From Vicugna vicugna (Eukaryota), in assembly GCA_013265495.1 (NCBI GenBank), contig MU057989.1, positions 759,513 through 823,512 on the forward strand: a stretch of DNA of 64,000 nt. The letters are read 5' to 3'. Shown here in pieces: positions 40,977 to 53,889 of this stretch (the first letter of the stretch is position 1; each line of letters opens with the position of its first letter). A model generated the notes under the pieces. That model searched no databases, was not told where the DNA came from, and was given only the letters and a program-made list of their open reading frames with translations. A program made the position numbers and the translations under genes.

Positions 40977-42540
40977 TCAGCACGCGGCCCAGACCAGGCC
41001 TCTGCCACTGGGTCTGCGCCCGGGAGACTCACAGATGCCAAACACGTCTGCTCCCCAGAACCTCAACTCCTGGGAACACTCTGCAGCCCAGAAATCTCCG
41101 AAAACCACTGATGCATCTACTTGGCCTCGCCCACCAGCCGGCCCCCAGTGTGTGCGCAGTGCACGGGCTCACGCGTGCACGTGTGTGGCTCTGCGTTTGC
41201 CCCAGGCTCTCAGGTGTGCCGGTGGGCACTGCACCCCTTCCCATCCTTCCTCTGCTCCCTGGGAAGGGCATCTAGACCTACTGCGTCCTGCTCCCGTGCC
41301 CGGCCTAGGAAGTCTGACAGTGAAGGAATGGCTGAGGCCGTGCCCCTTCCCTCTCAAGTGCCCCTGAGACCGCTGAAGTACCAGGGCCAGTCCCCACTCT
41401 CTGGGGCTGCTGCGGGGTGCCAGGGGACACTGGGGCTAAGAAGCCACCACCAGGAGGGAGGCCCAGGGCTCACACCATGGCAACATAATGCCCCCTCCCC
41501 AGGTTTCTGAACGCTGCCCTGAGAGCTGACAGAGCAGTGGATCTGCAGATGAAGCCCTACAACCAGGACCGCTGACCTTCTCACAGAAAGGACGTGGAAA
41601 TCCCTTTAAGAGGGAATGAGAGGCCCAAAGGAGGCTGCGGAGAGCAGTGGGGAAGGACGAGGGCACTACAAGTGCTCTACTCTGCCCCAGGCAGAGGTCG
41701 CTCTGGGTGCACGTGGCTACGGGGACTGTCTCAGGTGCCCTCATCAACAAGGCAAGGGCTGGGCGGGAGAACAGAGCCTGTGGATGGGGAGGCGGAGGGC
41801 CCGAGACACTCCAAGCCAGGGACCCTTCTGTGCAAGGGATAGCCCACAGCCCTTACACAGGGCCAAGACCCCTGGCCAAAGGAGCCTAGCCTGACAACAG
41901 CAGGGCACCCCCAACTTCTCTGCAAGGCTAGACCCGAGGGCACCAGAAGAGGAACCAGTCAGAATGCCAGTGGAACCAAAGCACCATTGTGCCTCTTCCC
42001 TCTCTGTGCTCCCACCTGCACCATGAGGCCTGTGGATGGCCCAACACAGAGCCAGTGCTGACCGAGCACAGGGAATAAAATGTCAAAGTACTCTGTGATC
42101 ACCCATCTCCTCATCCTGGAAAGGTCAGCACAAACACGCCTCCCAGGGAAGCTCACTGACTTCCCTCCATCTCCGAAGACCAGCCCTGCCTGGTGAGGTG
42201 CTGACAGGACCGCGGACACTTCTTGAAGACCCCAGTGTAATGCTCAGCTCGGTCAGGACCAGCGGCCTGCCTGAGGGAAGACCAGCTGCTTCTTGCCCTG
42301 GAGGTCTGGCGATGAGCCCCAGAGCAGGAACACAGCGGGAACCCAACCAACATGGAAATGAACCCCAAAACACAACCTCATAACCAATGGTACTGAGAGA
42401 ACCAGTGGACAGATAATTATTCTTCATTTTTCCCCTGGAAAATGCCACTGTTTAAGAGTTCACCTGAAACGCAAATGCACAGACAAAGGGTGCCCATGGA
42501 CCTCGCCAGCTCCGCTAGGGTGGGGGTGCCCAGGGCTCAC

Positions 42541-42822
42541 CTCACACACGGTGCAGTGCCAGCGCGTCTCCACATGGTGCTTGCACTCATTGCAGGTGTA
42601 GACGAAGCGGTCCTGGCCCTGGGTGTGCAGCTCCACCAGCATGCAGAGCGTGGACCATTTGGAGCGCCGCAGGGAGGAGAACTCCCAGTGCTTGTCCCTG
42701 GCCAGGGTGAGGAAGGCGTCCCGCCCATCCATGAGGTCACAGCTGAGCAGGGGGTCGGGGTCGACAATGGGGGGCAGTGTGTTGATGACAGGTCCGGCAT
42801 GGAGGTGGATCACAAAGAAGAC
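42541..42822 (-). CDS. CREBBP: CREBBP exon 30 (end of HAT, start of ZZ)
   Basis: 282 nt, cag|...|gtgagc; VFFVIHLHAGP...DGRDAFLTLARDKHWEFSSLRRSKWSTLCMLVELH...CNECKHHVETRWHCTVCE. Confidence 0.99.
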
Positions 42823-43063
42823 CTGGGGGACAGCAGAGCGGGGTGGCATCAGCCCCGTGCAGAGGAGGAACGTGTCAGCCGGCCCAGCCTGCAGGACCCA
42901 GCCGACCTGACTCCTGCTGCCCTGGGGCTGAGGTGAGTTGGTGACAAGCCAAGTGGTGCTGCCTGGACAGCCAGCTCTGCCTCCCGGGGGGGCTCTCCCA
43001 CCAGGCCCACGGTGGGTACCACAGAGCCGCCAGGCCTTCCCCGCCCCCTGCCCTGGCTGCTAC

Positions 43064-43225
43064 CTCTTTGTGCTTCTCCATGGTGGCGTAGAGCTTCTGG
43101 GACAGGTCGTTGGACACGTTGGGCATGGTGGGCTTCTTCTTGTTGGCTCGGCTGATGCTGCTCTTATTCTTATTGGTTTTCTTGTTGTTCTTTTTCTTGG
43201 CATTCTTGCTGTCGCCCTGGCTGCC
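43064..43225 (-). CDS. CREBBP: CREBBP exon 29 (HAT autoinhibitory Lys-rich loop)
   Basis: 162 nt, cag|...|gtagca; GSQGDSKNAKKKNNKKTNKNKSSISRANKKK...LYATMEKHKE. Confidence 0.98.
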
Positions 43226-44933
43226 CTGCAACAAGACTCAAGGCTGTCAGCCCCACACCGTGTCCTCCTCCTTGCCTGGCAGCGAGGCCACCAGCTCCCG
43301 GCTGTGGGGGCTCCAGGAAGCCAGGCCTGAGGCAGGAGACCCGAGCAGGCCCTGACCTGAGCACCTGGAAACATTGCTGCTAAAGAGGCACCACGGTGAC
43401 AGAGACATAAAGCAAATGCTGCCTGTGCCACCCCAGCCACACACCATGTTACCTCAAGAGGGAAGAACACACATATGACACTAGTTGGGGTTAACAGCTG
43501 AGGGGGTGGAAGCCATTTCTCTTTATTCCACATCTTCTACTGGTCAGAAGCAGGTACTCCTCCTTGACGGTCACATGGCTGGCGGCAGCCCCCTCAGAGC
43601 CCCTCCCTGCGGGAGCTCAGCTGGCAGGGCACTCTCTGCTCCCACCACCCTCCATGAGCCCCGGACACAGGAGCTGACTCAGACCGCCTCCCAAGGTGCC
43701 TGGCGGTGGCTGACACCCAGAGGGACCTGGGTTCACAAATTGGCTGTTGTCTCTCTCCCGCAGGCACTCCGAGTTTCCACTGAAATCCGGCCCACTCTTC
43801 TAGGTCAGCTCCAGCCCGGAGGAGCGGCATCTCCAGCCCTCTACCACCCCACGCTCCGGGGGATGACAGGTCCCACCTCCAGGGAGGCCCAGCAAAAGTC
43901 AGGCAGAGAATGATGACCACAGCCCACGAGCTCTCCTCAGTGCCCACGAGTACTTGTCACATCCTCATCCACGTTTTCTCCCTTCTGGAAGGGGTTAGGG
44001 ATGCTCTCTGGCAAAAAGGACACACTCCAAAGCGCACTCTGCTTGGCACGAAGCAGTCAGGCAGACATTCAGCTCCAGACCCCTGGCTCCGTGCCCGGCC
44101 CAAAGCTCTCCTCCGAGGGTCCCAAGCCTGCACAGCTGTTAACAGGCATCTCAAGATCCACACACCTGCAGGCAATTCTTGACTTTTTCTCCCTGCTGCT
44201 CTCCCCTCTGCCTGCCCCCCAGGGAGAGGCGGGAACACTGATTCAGGTCTCAGGCCCCAGACCCAGCAGGCAGACTTCAACAGGATTTTCCTCACATGCC
44301 ACAAAGTTCTGGGGCTGTTACTCTCAAAACACAACACATCCTTCTCATCACCTCATGCAGCTACAAATCCAACTAAACCACCATCACTGAACACCGGAAA
44401 CACAGGACACTCGCTCCCAACTCAGACTCTTATGTCCTCCTCTTCCTGTTGGAAGCTCTTCCCCTGGATCTTCTGGGTTCCCTCACCAGTCCATCTTTGC
44501 TCAGATGCCACTTCCCCATGCGTCTTTTCTTCCAGGCTCCTAGATCCTCTCAGAGAGGACCACCCATGCATTCATTTTCTTGTTTCTCTTACTAGAACGT
44601 ACACCCCGTGAGGGCAGGGATGGGGTTTTCCTCAGTTCCCCACTGCACCACTGAGGACGGCGCCTGTACACGGCAGGGGTGGGGGAGTCTGCGACGAGGC
44701 CTGGCACACAAGGGTCTCCTCCTCAAGTAGTTTTCCAGGTGACGTGACTGGTCCCTGACCATGACACCCTTCTAGCAGGTGACTTGCCTCCAGCTCACCC
44801 CACACCCAGTGTGTAGGCAGTGACAAGATGAGGTCATGTATGAAAACACCACCATAGACAAAGGAGCCACGTCCTGTGCACTGAGAAGCCCGCGCTCCCT
44901 CCCTTCAGCACGCGCGCCCAGGCCCAGCCTCAC

Positions 44934-45101
44934 CTCCGTGGTTTCACTGGCCGCAGTGCTCTCCTCCTTCTTCCTCTCCTCTTCCTCCTGCTCCAGCTCC
45001 TTAATGCTCTCCTCCAGCACGTTGGGCCAGAAGTCACCCTCAAAATAGGGCAGCTCCTTGGCGCTGGTAAGCCTATCTTCAGTTGCTTGTTTGAAAATGT
45101 C
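44934..45101 (-). CDS. CREBBP: CREBBP exon 28 (HAT)
   Basis: 168 nt, cag|...|gtgagg; DIFKQATEDRLTSAKELPYFEGDFWPNVLEESIKELEQEEEERKKEE. Confidence 0.98.
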
Positions 45102-45392
45102 CTGGAGGGTGAACAAGCACAGCGGTGAGCCGAGGGGCCTGGGGGCCGCGACTCCGGGATGGGACCACCCATTCCTGTGGTGCCCGGCGTCACAGGCCAC
45201 GTAACAGAACTGCCTCCAGACTGCCGACCGAAAGTCTCAATGGACAATGGCAGGTACGATGCTTCTTAGTTTACACTTCCTAAATTTTTAAATTTCTGCC
45301 TTTCAATCCTAAGTGAACGCAAATCTACCACGTGTGAGCAGGACGTGGGAGTGGTGGTGATGGAGCCCCCCGCCCCCACTCCGCGCGGGCAC

Positions 45393-45558
45393 CTTGTAGT
45401 CATGGATGATCCGCTCGGCGAAGGCCTTGTCCAACATCTTCTTGTACCACTCCTGCAGGCGCTTCGGCTTCGGGATTTTCTGATCAGGGGGGTGGCAGTG
45501 GAAGATGTAGTCGTCTCCCTCACTTGGGGGACAGGCCCAGATGTGCCCTGTTACATAC
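45393..45558 (-). CDS. CREBBP: CREBBP exon 27 (HAT catalytic core)
   Basis: 166 nt, cag|...|gtgccc; YVTGHIWACPPSEGDDYIFHCHPPDQKIPKPKRLQEWYKKMLDKAFAERIIHDYK. Confidence 0.98.
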
Positions 45559-46651
45559 CTGCAAGACACACACACAACTCAGACCGAGGCAGTGCGTGAA
45601 GTCGTCCCTGCCTTCAAGGAGTAACAGCTGAGGAACAGGGATCAAAGCAAGCACGGAAATAAATTTAAAGAAAAACAAGGGAATTACAAAGCACTTCTGG
45701 CCAAATGTGTAATAGGCTAATGAGGTTCCAAACTAGTGTGAAGGAGCAGGTGGTGAGGGTGAAGCCCAGTCTCTAGAGTGTGCAATCACAGCCTGGACAC
45801 TGGCCAAGAGACCACCCTTTTGAGTGGGCACATCAGGTAGCGGCCGAGACTGCAAGGGAACCTGTGGCACAAGAGAGAGCCTGAGAAGACGGCGCCTCAG
45901 CAGTGTATCGGGGGCTTACACCAGGGATGGGTGCAATGAACTTCCTACGTACTTTCTCTTGCACACTGGAAAGGCAGCTCAGTATTTCTCTCTAACGTGT
46001 TAAAGTCAGAATAGATCTCATTCATTCTGTTCAAGACACTTTAATCAAATACCTCTTTTTCAAATTTGGGAAAGAAATATGATCTAGGACATAAAAAAAG
46101 AGATAGAAAAAGAAGTTGGACACAAGAGACCACATCTGGTAGGATTGTATTCACATGAACTGTCCAGTAAAGGCAAATTTACAGAGACAAGTGGATTAGT
46201 AGTCACTGGGGATAGGGGTTGAACAAGGATGAACAGCAAATGGGCACAGTATTCTTACTGGAGGGATGACAACGGTCTGAAACTGATTTATGGTAATGGT
46301 GGCATCACTTGGCAAAGTTACTAAAAATCATTGAAATGTGCACCTAAAATAAGTGAATTTTATGGTACATAAAATACACCTCAGTAAAGTTAAAAACAAT
46401 ATACTGGAGTGGAAAAGAACACAGAAGGCAAGGAAAACACACACGCTGTGCTGGGGACCCTAGACCATCGTGACACAAAAGAGCATCTGGAAAGGGGGGC
46501 TCTGGATAGAGACCTCTGAATCCATCTAAGGATATTAAAATGAAAACACATAAAACCTTAAACAGTACTTCTGTTATTTCACAAAGTAAATATACGGTGA
46601 AAATTAAAAATGGAGTTTTTATTAGTTCTGAATAATTTGAATCAAACTCAC

Positions 46652-46765
46652 CCCAATTTCTTCACATACTCTAAATATCCAATAAGGATCTCATGGTAAA
46701 CGGCTGTTCGGAGACATCGGGGTCGGAAAAAATGAATACTGTCCAGATAAGATATGTACACACGC
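46652..46765 (-). CDS. CREBBP: CREBBP exon 26 (HAT, acetyl-CoA binding)
   Basis: 114 nt, cag|...|gtgagt; [38 protein letters not shown]. Confidence 0.98.
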
Positions 46766-47388
46766 CTGGGGACGGGGCAGGAGAGAAATTAATCGAAAGC
46801 TCAGGTTATCCCCTAAACTTGAAACCAAACATCAGGCTTCAAAAAAAAGCTCCAGAAATAAGCTCTGTTTTGATAGCATTTACACTGGCCACAAACTGGA
46901 TCTCCCATCACCAACCACTACTACTGCAGATCAATCAAGAGAAATTCAATTCATCCCTGAACTAAGAAACAATGCTGTCACTCACCACGGAGAACTATGG
47001 AGAGATCAGAGCAAGCTCAGAACAGCCCCTTGCACCTCCCTCACCTGGATTCTGACTGATGTGAAGTAACTCTTGGCAGAGAAACTTCATTTTTACAGGT
47101 GCATCAAAGAATGCCTGGGCCCACAAAGCAGTCTCCACCCCACCCTCTGCAGGTTTACCTGCTCCAAGTAAGACACGGACAACAGCAAGAGCAGGCCCTG
47201 AACCCACGTGAACACACAACAGACAACACGCTAAGAATAGTCATCAAAACTCTTCACTTCCCACCGTCTGAGTGGAAAACTAAACTAACTAGTTTGGTTG
47301 GTTAAGCAGTCCTCCAAGACAGTTAGAGCCGCGGCCGCTGTAACACAGCGCAGCACATGACACACACCCGAAAAGAGTGGAGGATTAC

Positions 47389-47535
47389 CTTGTGTTTGGA
47401 GGGGGGCAGTCAGAGCCATACTCCTGGACGTGCATCCCAAAGAAGCACACATCCACTCCGTCAATTTCCTCAAAGGCAAAGAGTGCTTTGGTTCGATATG
47501 GGAAAGATTCAGACATTTCCCCTGAATCCACAAAC
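47389..47535 (-). CDS. CREBBP: CREBBP exon 25 (HAT)
   Basis: 147 nt, cag|...|gtaatc; [48 protein letters not shown]. Confidence 0.98.
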
Positions 47536-47896
47536 CTGAAATAAAAGAGCCTGATGTTTGCGCACATCACTGTTTACACAGTGCTTGACGGAGGAGCCCT
47601 GCTCCTTTAAACCTGCTCAGTGCGGAGGAGCGGAGGCGCGGCAGCCTCTTCTGACTGCTGGCCCAGAGCTCCTCCACTGGCCTGCGCAGCTTGGAGCTGC
47701 GAACCCATTCTCTGAGACAGTTCCACCTGGCCAGGAATTCCACCTCCCCTGATGAATTTGGGAGACTGAAAGAAGGGCTGGCTACACACTAAGTGATGCA
47801 AAGCGTTCAAATTGTGCAAACTCTGCAGCCTTGCCAGAAAGCAGGGCATTGAGTAAGCAGGTGGGGGGCCCACTGGACTAATGTCTGCACACGAAC

Positions 47897-48047
47897 CGTG
47901 ACTTCATCCCTGGCTTGACCTCCACCGTCTTGTCTGAGCTGGCCACCACGCGGACAAAGACCTCCCCGGCTTCAGGATGATTCTGTCGCCGCAAAAACTT
48001 GTTCACTCGGTCTTCTAAGTGGTTTCCCAATCGTGTGGTCTGCAGTC
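47897..48047 (-). CDS. CREBBP: CREBBP exon 24 (start of HAT)
   Basis: 151 nt, cag|...|gttcgt; LQTTRLGNHLEDRVNKFLRRQNHPEAGEVFVRVVASSDKTVEVKPGMKS. Confidence 0.97.
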
Positions 48048-50470
48048 CTGGAAAGCCCAGAACAAGGAGGTGACAGGGCTGTGGAAAGGCTGTGGAGAAG
48101 GTGCTGAAGCCACAGAATCCACCTTTTTCTCTCAGTGCGGTCCGCTATTTTTAGGAGTAACATTCTCCAGACACAGAAGGGATCTAGTCTGTCCCATAAA
48201 GGACGTTTTACAGGAGAAAGGTGGGGCCTGGAAGCTCAGGCATTCCACAGTGAGAACTGCCGTCAAATGCTCAAATATTTCCATCTGTTTCTAAATGTAA
48301 GGGGCAGAAGAGCCACAAAGATGAAAGCTGAAAATAGAGGAGCTCTCGGTTAAAGCAGAGGAGCAGGCATGGGAAAGTCACACCATGTCCACCCTGCCTC
48401 CTGCCCTGTACCCAGGCCCTGGTGAGCCTGAGATCTGGTCCCAGCTGTGCCCACATGGCTGCCTGGGGTCACAGCTGGGTCCTGAGGCTGGAACCCACAC
48501 GCGAGGAATTCCTCTGGTGGGGAGCCTGCCACTGCTTTTCTTCCAGGACAGGACGGCACAAATGCCTCCTCCCACCGAGCTCCGAGGAGAGTCGTCCTGC
48601 AGTCTGAGATGGCTAAGCAAGCAGACGGCCAGTGTTCTGATCCTGGGAGACTAGGAACACCGTCCCAGTACCCAGACCCGCCCAGCATCGTTCCTGGTGG
48701 GCTACTCCAGCCCGCCACTCTGCACGTGGCCACTGTGACACCAGTTACACAGCATGGAAGTACACATACAGTCATAACATAAAAAACTTGTGTACGGGAA
48801 AAAAGATTAGATGGGAAAACTGTGACAGGTTAACACTGAATACTTATAGATGATAGGATTTTAGAAGATTCCTTACTGAGGTTATAAGGTATTTGCAAAA
48901 TTTAGACTAACTTTCTAAACTTAGTTCCTCTGCAATAAGCATACCGATGGTGGAGTTACTTCCGTATTTAAGTTATACCTAAATAAAATACTTAAAAAAA
49001 ACTTACAATGGCAATTAAATAAAAACCCCATAGAAAAATGAAAACTTGCAAAACTATAAAAGTGAGGTGAAGTGCATTTACGATCTGTCACACTCTGACA
49101 CAGATGTACACTTTACTCAGCTGTGCCATTCATGCCCTGGACCCCTTCTTACTTCACACTCCCCACAGCTGAGATAACCATCCTGAGAAATACAGAATTA
49201 GGTGTAAGGGACTTACAATTGACCCATCTAATCAACTCAGCCCATGAAAAAAATCCTCACATTCTCATCCCCATGTGCTCCCCCTCATGCCGCTAAGCAA
49301 GTTCTGTTCCCTCATAAGGTGGCCTCCCTTCCTGGAATGCTAGAATTCTACAAAGCACAGGACACCCCCCACAATAAAGACTTATCTGGCCCGAATGTCA
49401 GTTTAGAAACTCTGATCTAAAGAGAAATACTACATCAGTGAATTCATTAATATTTCAGAAGGTTTTACAATAGTGAGTTTAAGTGATAGGGTAACTGGAT
49501 TTTGGTAGTGACAGTGTTAGAACTTGAATTAACATTGACTTGAAAGCCTTCAGAGGGGTCTCTCCTCCTTGCCTGCCACCTTTCCTCCTTCTGCCTGGGG
49601 ATCTCTCCCTACATTCCATCTCTCTTGCACTCCAGCTCCTCAAACAGCCTACCTCTTGCTGGGAACCCCTCTGCAGTGCGCTAGTCACCGTCTTGCTGGA
49701 GAAGAGGGGGCGCAGAGGGAGCCCTGGGCCAGCGAGCTGTACGGCACTGCCGCGTGGGCTTGTTTCATTCAGGTTTGCTGTCAGCTCAGCAGGACAGCCG
49801 TGAACACCGTGAAGGTGGTCTCAGTGCCAAGCTGACAACGATGACATACCGTACACTTCTGAAAAGTGTGTCATCTCTAAAAATGTCCAGACTACCTATG
49901 AAAAGTTACTTCTATAGCAAGAGGGTACTCACCCTGCTCTACATAGACACCAGCAGCCGCTCTCAGCGCTGCAGTGACATGCCCAGCAAGCCTCTGTGCA
50001 GACCCGGCTCCTGCCAGTCCTGGGCGCGGCTGGCCGGTTCCCAGTGGGCCCCAGAGGGCCACTCCTCACAACGGCTGCCCCACCATGTGCTCAGGGCTGA
50101 GTGCACTGGTCACACAGGACACATGCGTGCATGTATGCTGGGAGCATGTCTTATTTCTAAGCTACTTGAGAAGGATCTGTTGAAAAATCTTCTCTCTCAG
50201 AATTTACAGAGTTCACTATATGCCCAAGCTTTCTAAGTTTTCATCTGAGACACAGACTGATCATAAAGCTGACTTTCACACACAGATTCAGGCAAATGAT
50301 TCTCTTCAAGGGTAAGACAAGAAAAATGCGAAGTATTAGAAAACAAACTTACAGATGAAAACCTGAGGCAAGTGAGCTCCAAAGCCATGTTAGAAACAAA
50401 GGAGGACTGGGAAAATTCACACGTTTCTAAAACGTACAGACTACAAAACAGAAATCCTTCCACAACTTAC

Positions 50471-50538
50471 TCTTAGCACTGAATTTGTTTTCTTTTCGAG
50501 TCCTGCCAGTTTTTTTCAAGCAGTTGTCGCACACAAAG
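50471..50538 (-). CDS. CREBBP: CREBBP exon 23 (end of PHD)
   Basis: 68 nt, cag|...|gtaagt; FVCDNCLKKTGRTRKENKFSAK. Confidence 0.97.
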
Positions 50539-50864
50539 CTGCAAAAAAAAATAATGGGTGTGATCAGATTATATAAAACAGTATATGTTGCCAAACCAGT
50601 GAAATGCAGCACTCAAGTACTTTGTTGGCAATTTAAATCTCATCATTATACAAAAGTGAAGAGGCAGACTGCTTTGATTCCACAATTCCTAAAGCGGGCA
50701 AACACTTAAGACTTAAATTTAGAACCAACTGCCATCGATCTAATTGCCGGATTCCTGCTGACAACAATGAATGAAACGCAGCAGCAGCCGGCACCCTCCC
50801 CTCTGCTCTGTGCAGGATGCTCTCCCTTCCCCACATCACAGGAAATCACCAGGAAATCACTCAC

Positions 50865-50942
50865 CCTGAAGGCCAAATGATATCATAGTGGAGAACACAG
50901 ATCTGATGCATCTTCCGGCCACACTCCTTGCAGTCAACGAAA
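50865..50942 (-). CDS. CREBBP: CREBBP exon 22 (PHD)
   Basis: 78 nt, tag|...|gtgagt; FVDCKECGRKMHQICVLHYDIIWPS. Confidence 0.97.
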
Positions 50943-53832
50943 CTATAAGACAGAGAGAGCGTGCTGTAACACATGGGGAGCCACACGCGGAGTCCCTGAG
51001 CCACACTCGCACCTCGTCCCCTTGATGACTTTGAGAATCTGCAGCATTAAAGCATCTGCTGACTGACTGAGCCGTGTTCTAAAAATGCATCAGTATATGA
51101 TACTTCCAACAGGAAAAGCTGGTTTTCTCCCCTTCTCTGTACAAGTGCCTCATTCCTCTCTTCTCTCAATCTTTGCAGTCAGAAATGAAAATTTACTTCT
51201 AAAAATTGCTATGATAAAGGCACAGTTTATGGGTCAGTATCAGATATTACCACACATTTTCAAGACGAGCATTTGCTGTAGGTGACTGCACATACCTTAA
51301 CAAACTTGAATAACAGAGAACAATACTGTCAGTGTTACAAACACGTGTGTCCGTAAGCCTAGGCACAGGAAACATCTGCTCTGCATCAGTTACAAGGGTG
51401 GGGACCAAGCCAACTGGTAAATGATGGTCTTTATTCCAGCAAACACTAGCGAGACTGGGATGCACCACACTGTGCAGCTTCCACTGTGGTTCGCCTGGGC
51501 CCTGTCACCTCACCTAGGAATCTTAATCGCCAACATGCTTGAAGGTCAAAACCTTCTATTTCTTCAGCCATTCCCCCACCGCCACCACAACTTACACCTC
51601 ATGGAAGACGGAAGGGACGAGAAAGTACGACATTTCTCCAAACTGTCCCAGGTCCAGGCTCTTCCTATCTGAGGAAGCTGAGCCCCACAAGCAGATGCAC
51701 GCACTCATTGCTGTCAGTCGAGTCCCTGACCCCGAACTTCCCACTGCCCTTGCTGAGCAACCCTTCAACCACACCTGGAGCCCAACCCAGCTTCTCTGTT
51801 CCTGCTCTGCTGGAGGAAAAAAGCGTGCAGAACAGCAGCAGCCCTCACCTGCTGCCCTCCAGTTCCCCAGTAGTCCTGCCCTTTGCCACCACCCCGCCTA
51901 CACTATACAGTGGCTGTTCTGAACCTTCGCTCCTTCTTCAAGGGCCGTGTCACCCCCAACCAGCTCCTTCTCTGAAATCTTAGCAGCTGAGCTCAACCCC
52001 TGGGTCAAGAATTTGAAAGCTCAGTAGGCAGTAACTCCCTTAGTTTCCGTGTCCCCTCTGAAGACAGACCATTCTCAACTCTTCCCTATGTTAGGGAAGA
52101 GGAAGGTCAAAAAAACACACATGTTCTAGACCCGATTCTATCGATTTTGAATTCAGCCTCCCTCCTCCTGCCTCTGTCTAACCACGGGGCCGGCTCCGAC
52201 CCTGTGCTTCTCGCTCACGCACTTCTGCACCTCAGCCAACACCAAGTTTGGCCCCCTCCTCACCCACCTCCTGGCGTGGCCTCTTCTACCAGAAGACCCT
52301 CCTTGAGGTCTGCTTCCCCTTCCTCCCTGAGCTGCTGCTCTAAGTCTCCACCTGATTTCCCTACTGGGGAGCAATGCTTCCTCCTCTCCTAGTGAATCCA
52401 TCTTCCAGATCCAGAGTGATCCTTCCATAACAGAAACCCACAATGTCCTTGCAAACCTCCGCAGCTCACACAGGAGGAAATCTCCATGCCAGGGAAGGGC
52501 GTATGTGGCCCTTCACCCAGCACCCTCTGCCTCTTCGTCCCGTGGGGCTCCATCCATGCTCCCTACCTGCCCACCACTCGAGCTTACCTGCAGTGTTGCC
52601 CAGTGACCTGTGTCACTTCTTTGTGTCTAGAATGCTCTGCCCATCCCCTACACCTGCTTCCAGATGAATGTCACTTTCTCCGGGATGTCACTCTGCCTGA
52701 ACCGGGGCCCCTCCCTCTGGACCACCTTACTGCCTCCTGCTGTCTATGATACCATCTCTCTGTCTCTCCTACTAGAAGAAGATGAACAGCCAAAGGGCCA
52801 AGCCCCCTTTATTCATCCATGTATTCCCCACTGCCTGGCACTTACTACTTCAAAGTAATATATTTTCAAATTGAAAAGTGAATATAAGTCGTTGAGAAAC
52901 TGAAAAACTGTGGGTGAGGACACATTGTGAGCAGGGAGGTGGCCGATCAGGACAAACAATCCCCTGGTCACTGACAAGACGTGTGTGAGCAGCCTCCTCA
53001 CACACCAGGCACTTTGCTAAGGAATCAACATGCCCCTGCCCCACCCCGTCCCACCCAGGGAACTGCAGGCAGGGAGATTGAGTCAGCCCCAACAGCCCTT
53101 GTGTCTTCCACTGCAGCGATGGCCCCCTTGGAGCTGGGACATTGGGCCACGGAAGGTGAGGACCTGTTGCTCAGCTCTGGATGCACCACAGTCACATTTC
53201 CCAGACACCCCACGTGGCCCTGGAAAGGCGCTCCCCACAGTGACTGGGGTGCCCTCAGGACTCAGAGTTAGGGACCTGAGCAGGGCCACCACATGAAAAG
53301 AGCTCTGAGGCCTCTTTAGAAGCTATTACAAAGCGAACTCTGCACACACTGTATTCTCACTGGAAGGAAAATATTTGACAACAACCTTTGAAAATATGGT
53401 GGCAAGAACATGTAGCACTAGGCTTCCCATTATTTTTAAAAAGTAGTTTCTAGGAGTTTTCTTTCTCAAATGTCCCTCTAAGTGATACTAGCACCCTGCC
53501 ACCAAACAGTCCTAACTTTGGTGTCTAAAGAGTCTCACAAAACAGCTTCTTAAAGACACCAGTGACCAGGTCATCAGAGAGGCTCTAATACAACCCAAAC
53601 ATCCACCTGATCTTATCTTTATTAACATTCAGTACATGCATACCATGCTATAGAGACATATATATTTTGTGAGAGTCTAAACAGAATCCATATCTGAAAT
53701 AACTTCATACAAAGAATTCCACTCAAGGTAATATATTTATTTACAATGTCTTCTCCCATAACCCAATCATAAGGAGGAACTTTCCTGATATGAAACTAAA
53801 ATCCTAAAATTCAGAAATAGCTGTATACTCAC

Positions 53833-53889
53833 GGTTCAGGATCCAAGGTATCATTTTTCTTCTTTTCAAACTGATCCTTTGAAATTGTC
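53833..53889 (-). CDS. CREBBP: CREBBP exon 21
   Basis: 57 nt, aag|...|gtgagt; TISKDQFEKKKNDTLDPE. Confidence 0.95.

Noticed and set aside
50839..50860. 11-nt direct duplication (caggaaatcac) beside the exon 22 donor
   Set aside because: A simple slippage duplication; the canonical GTGAGT donor is intact and much stronger.
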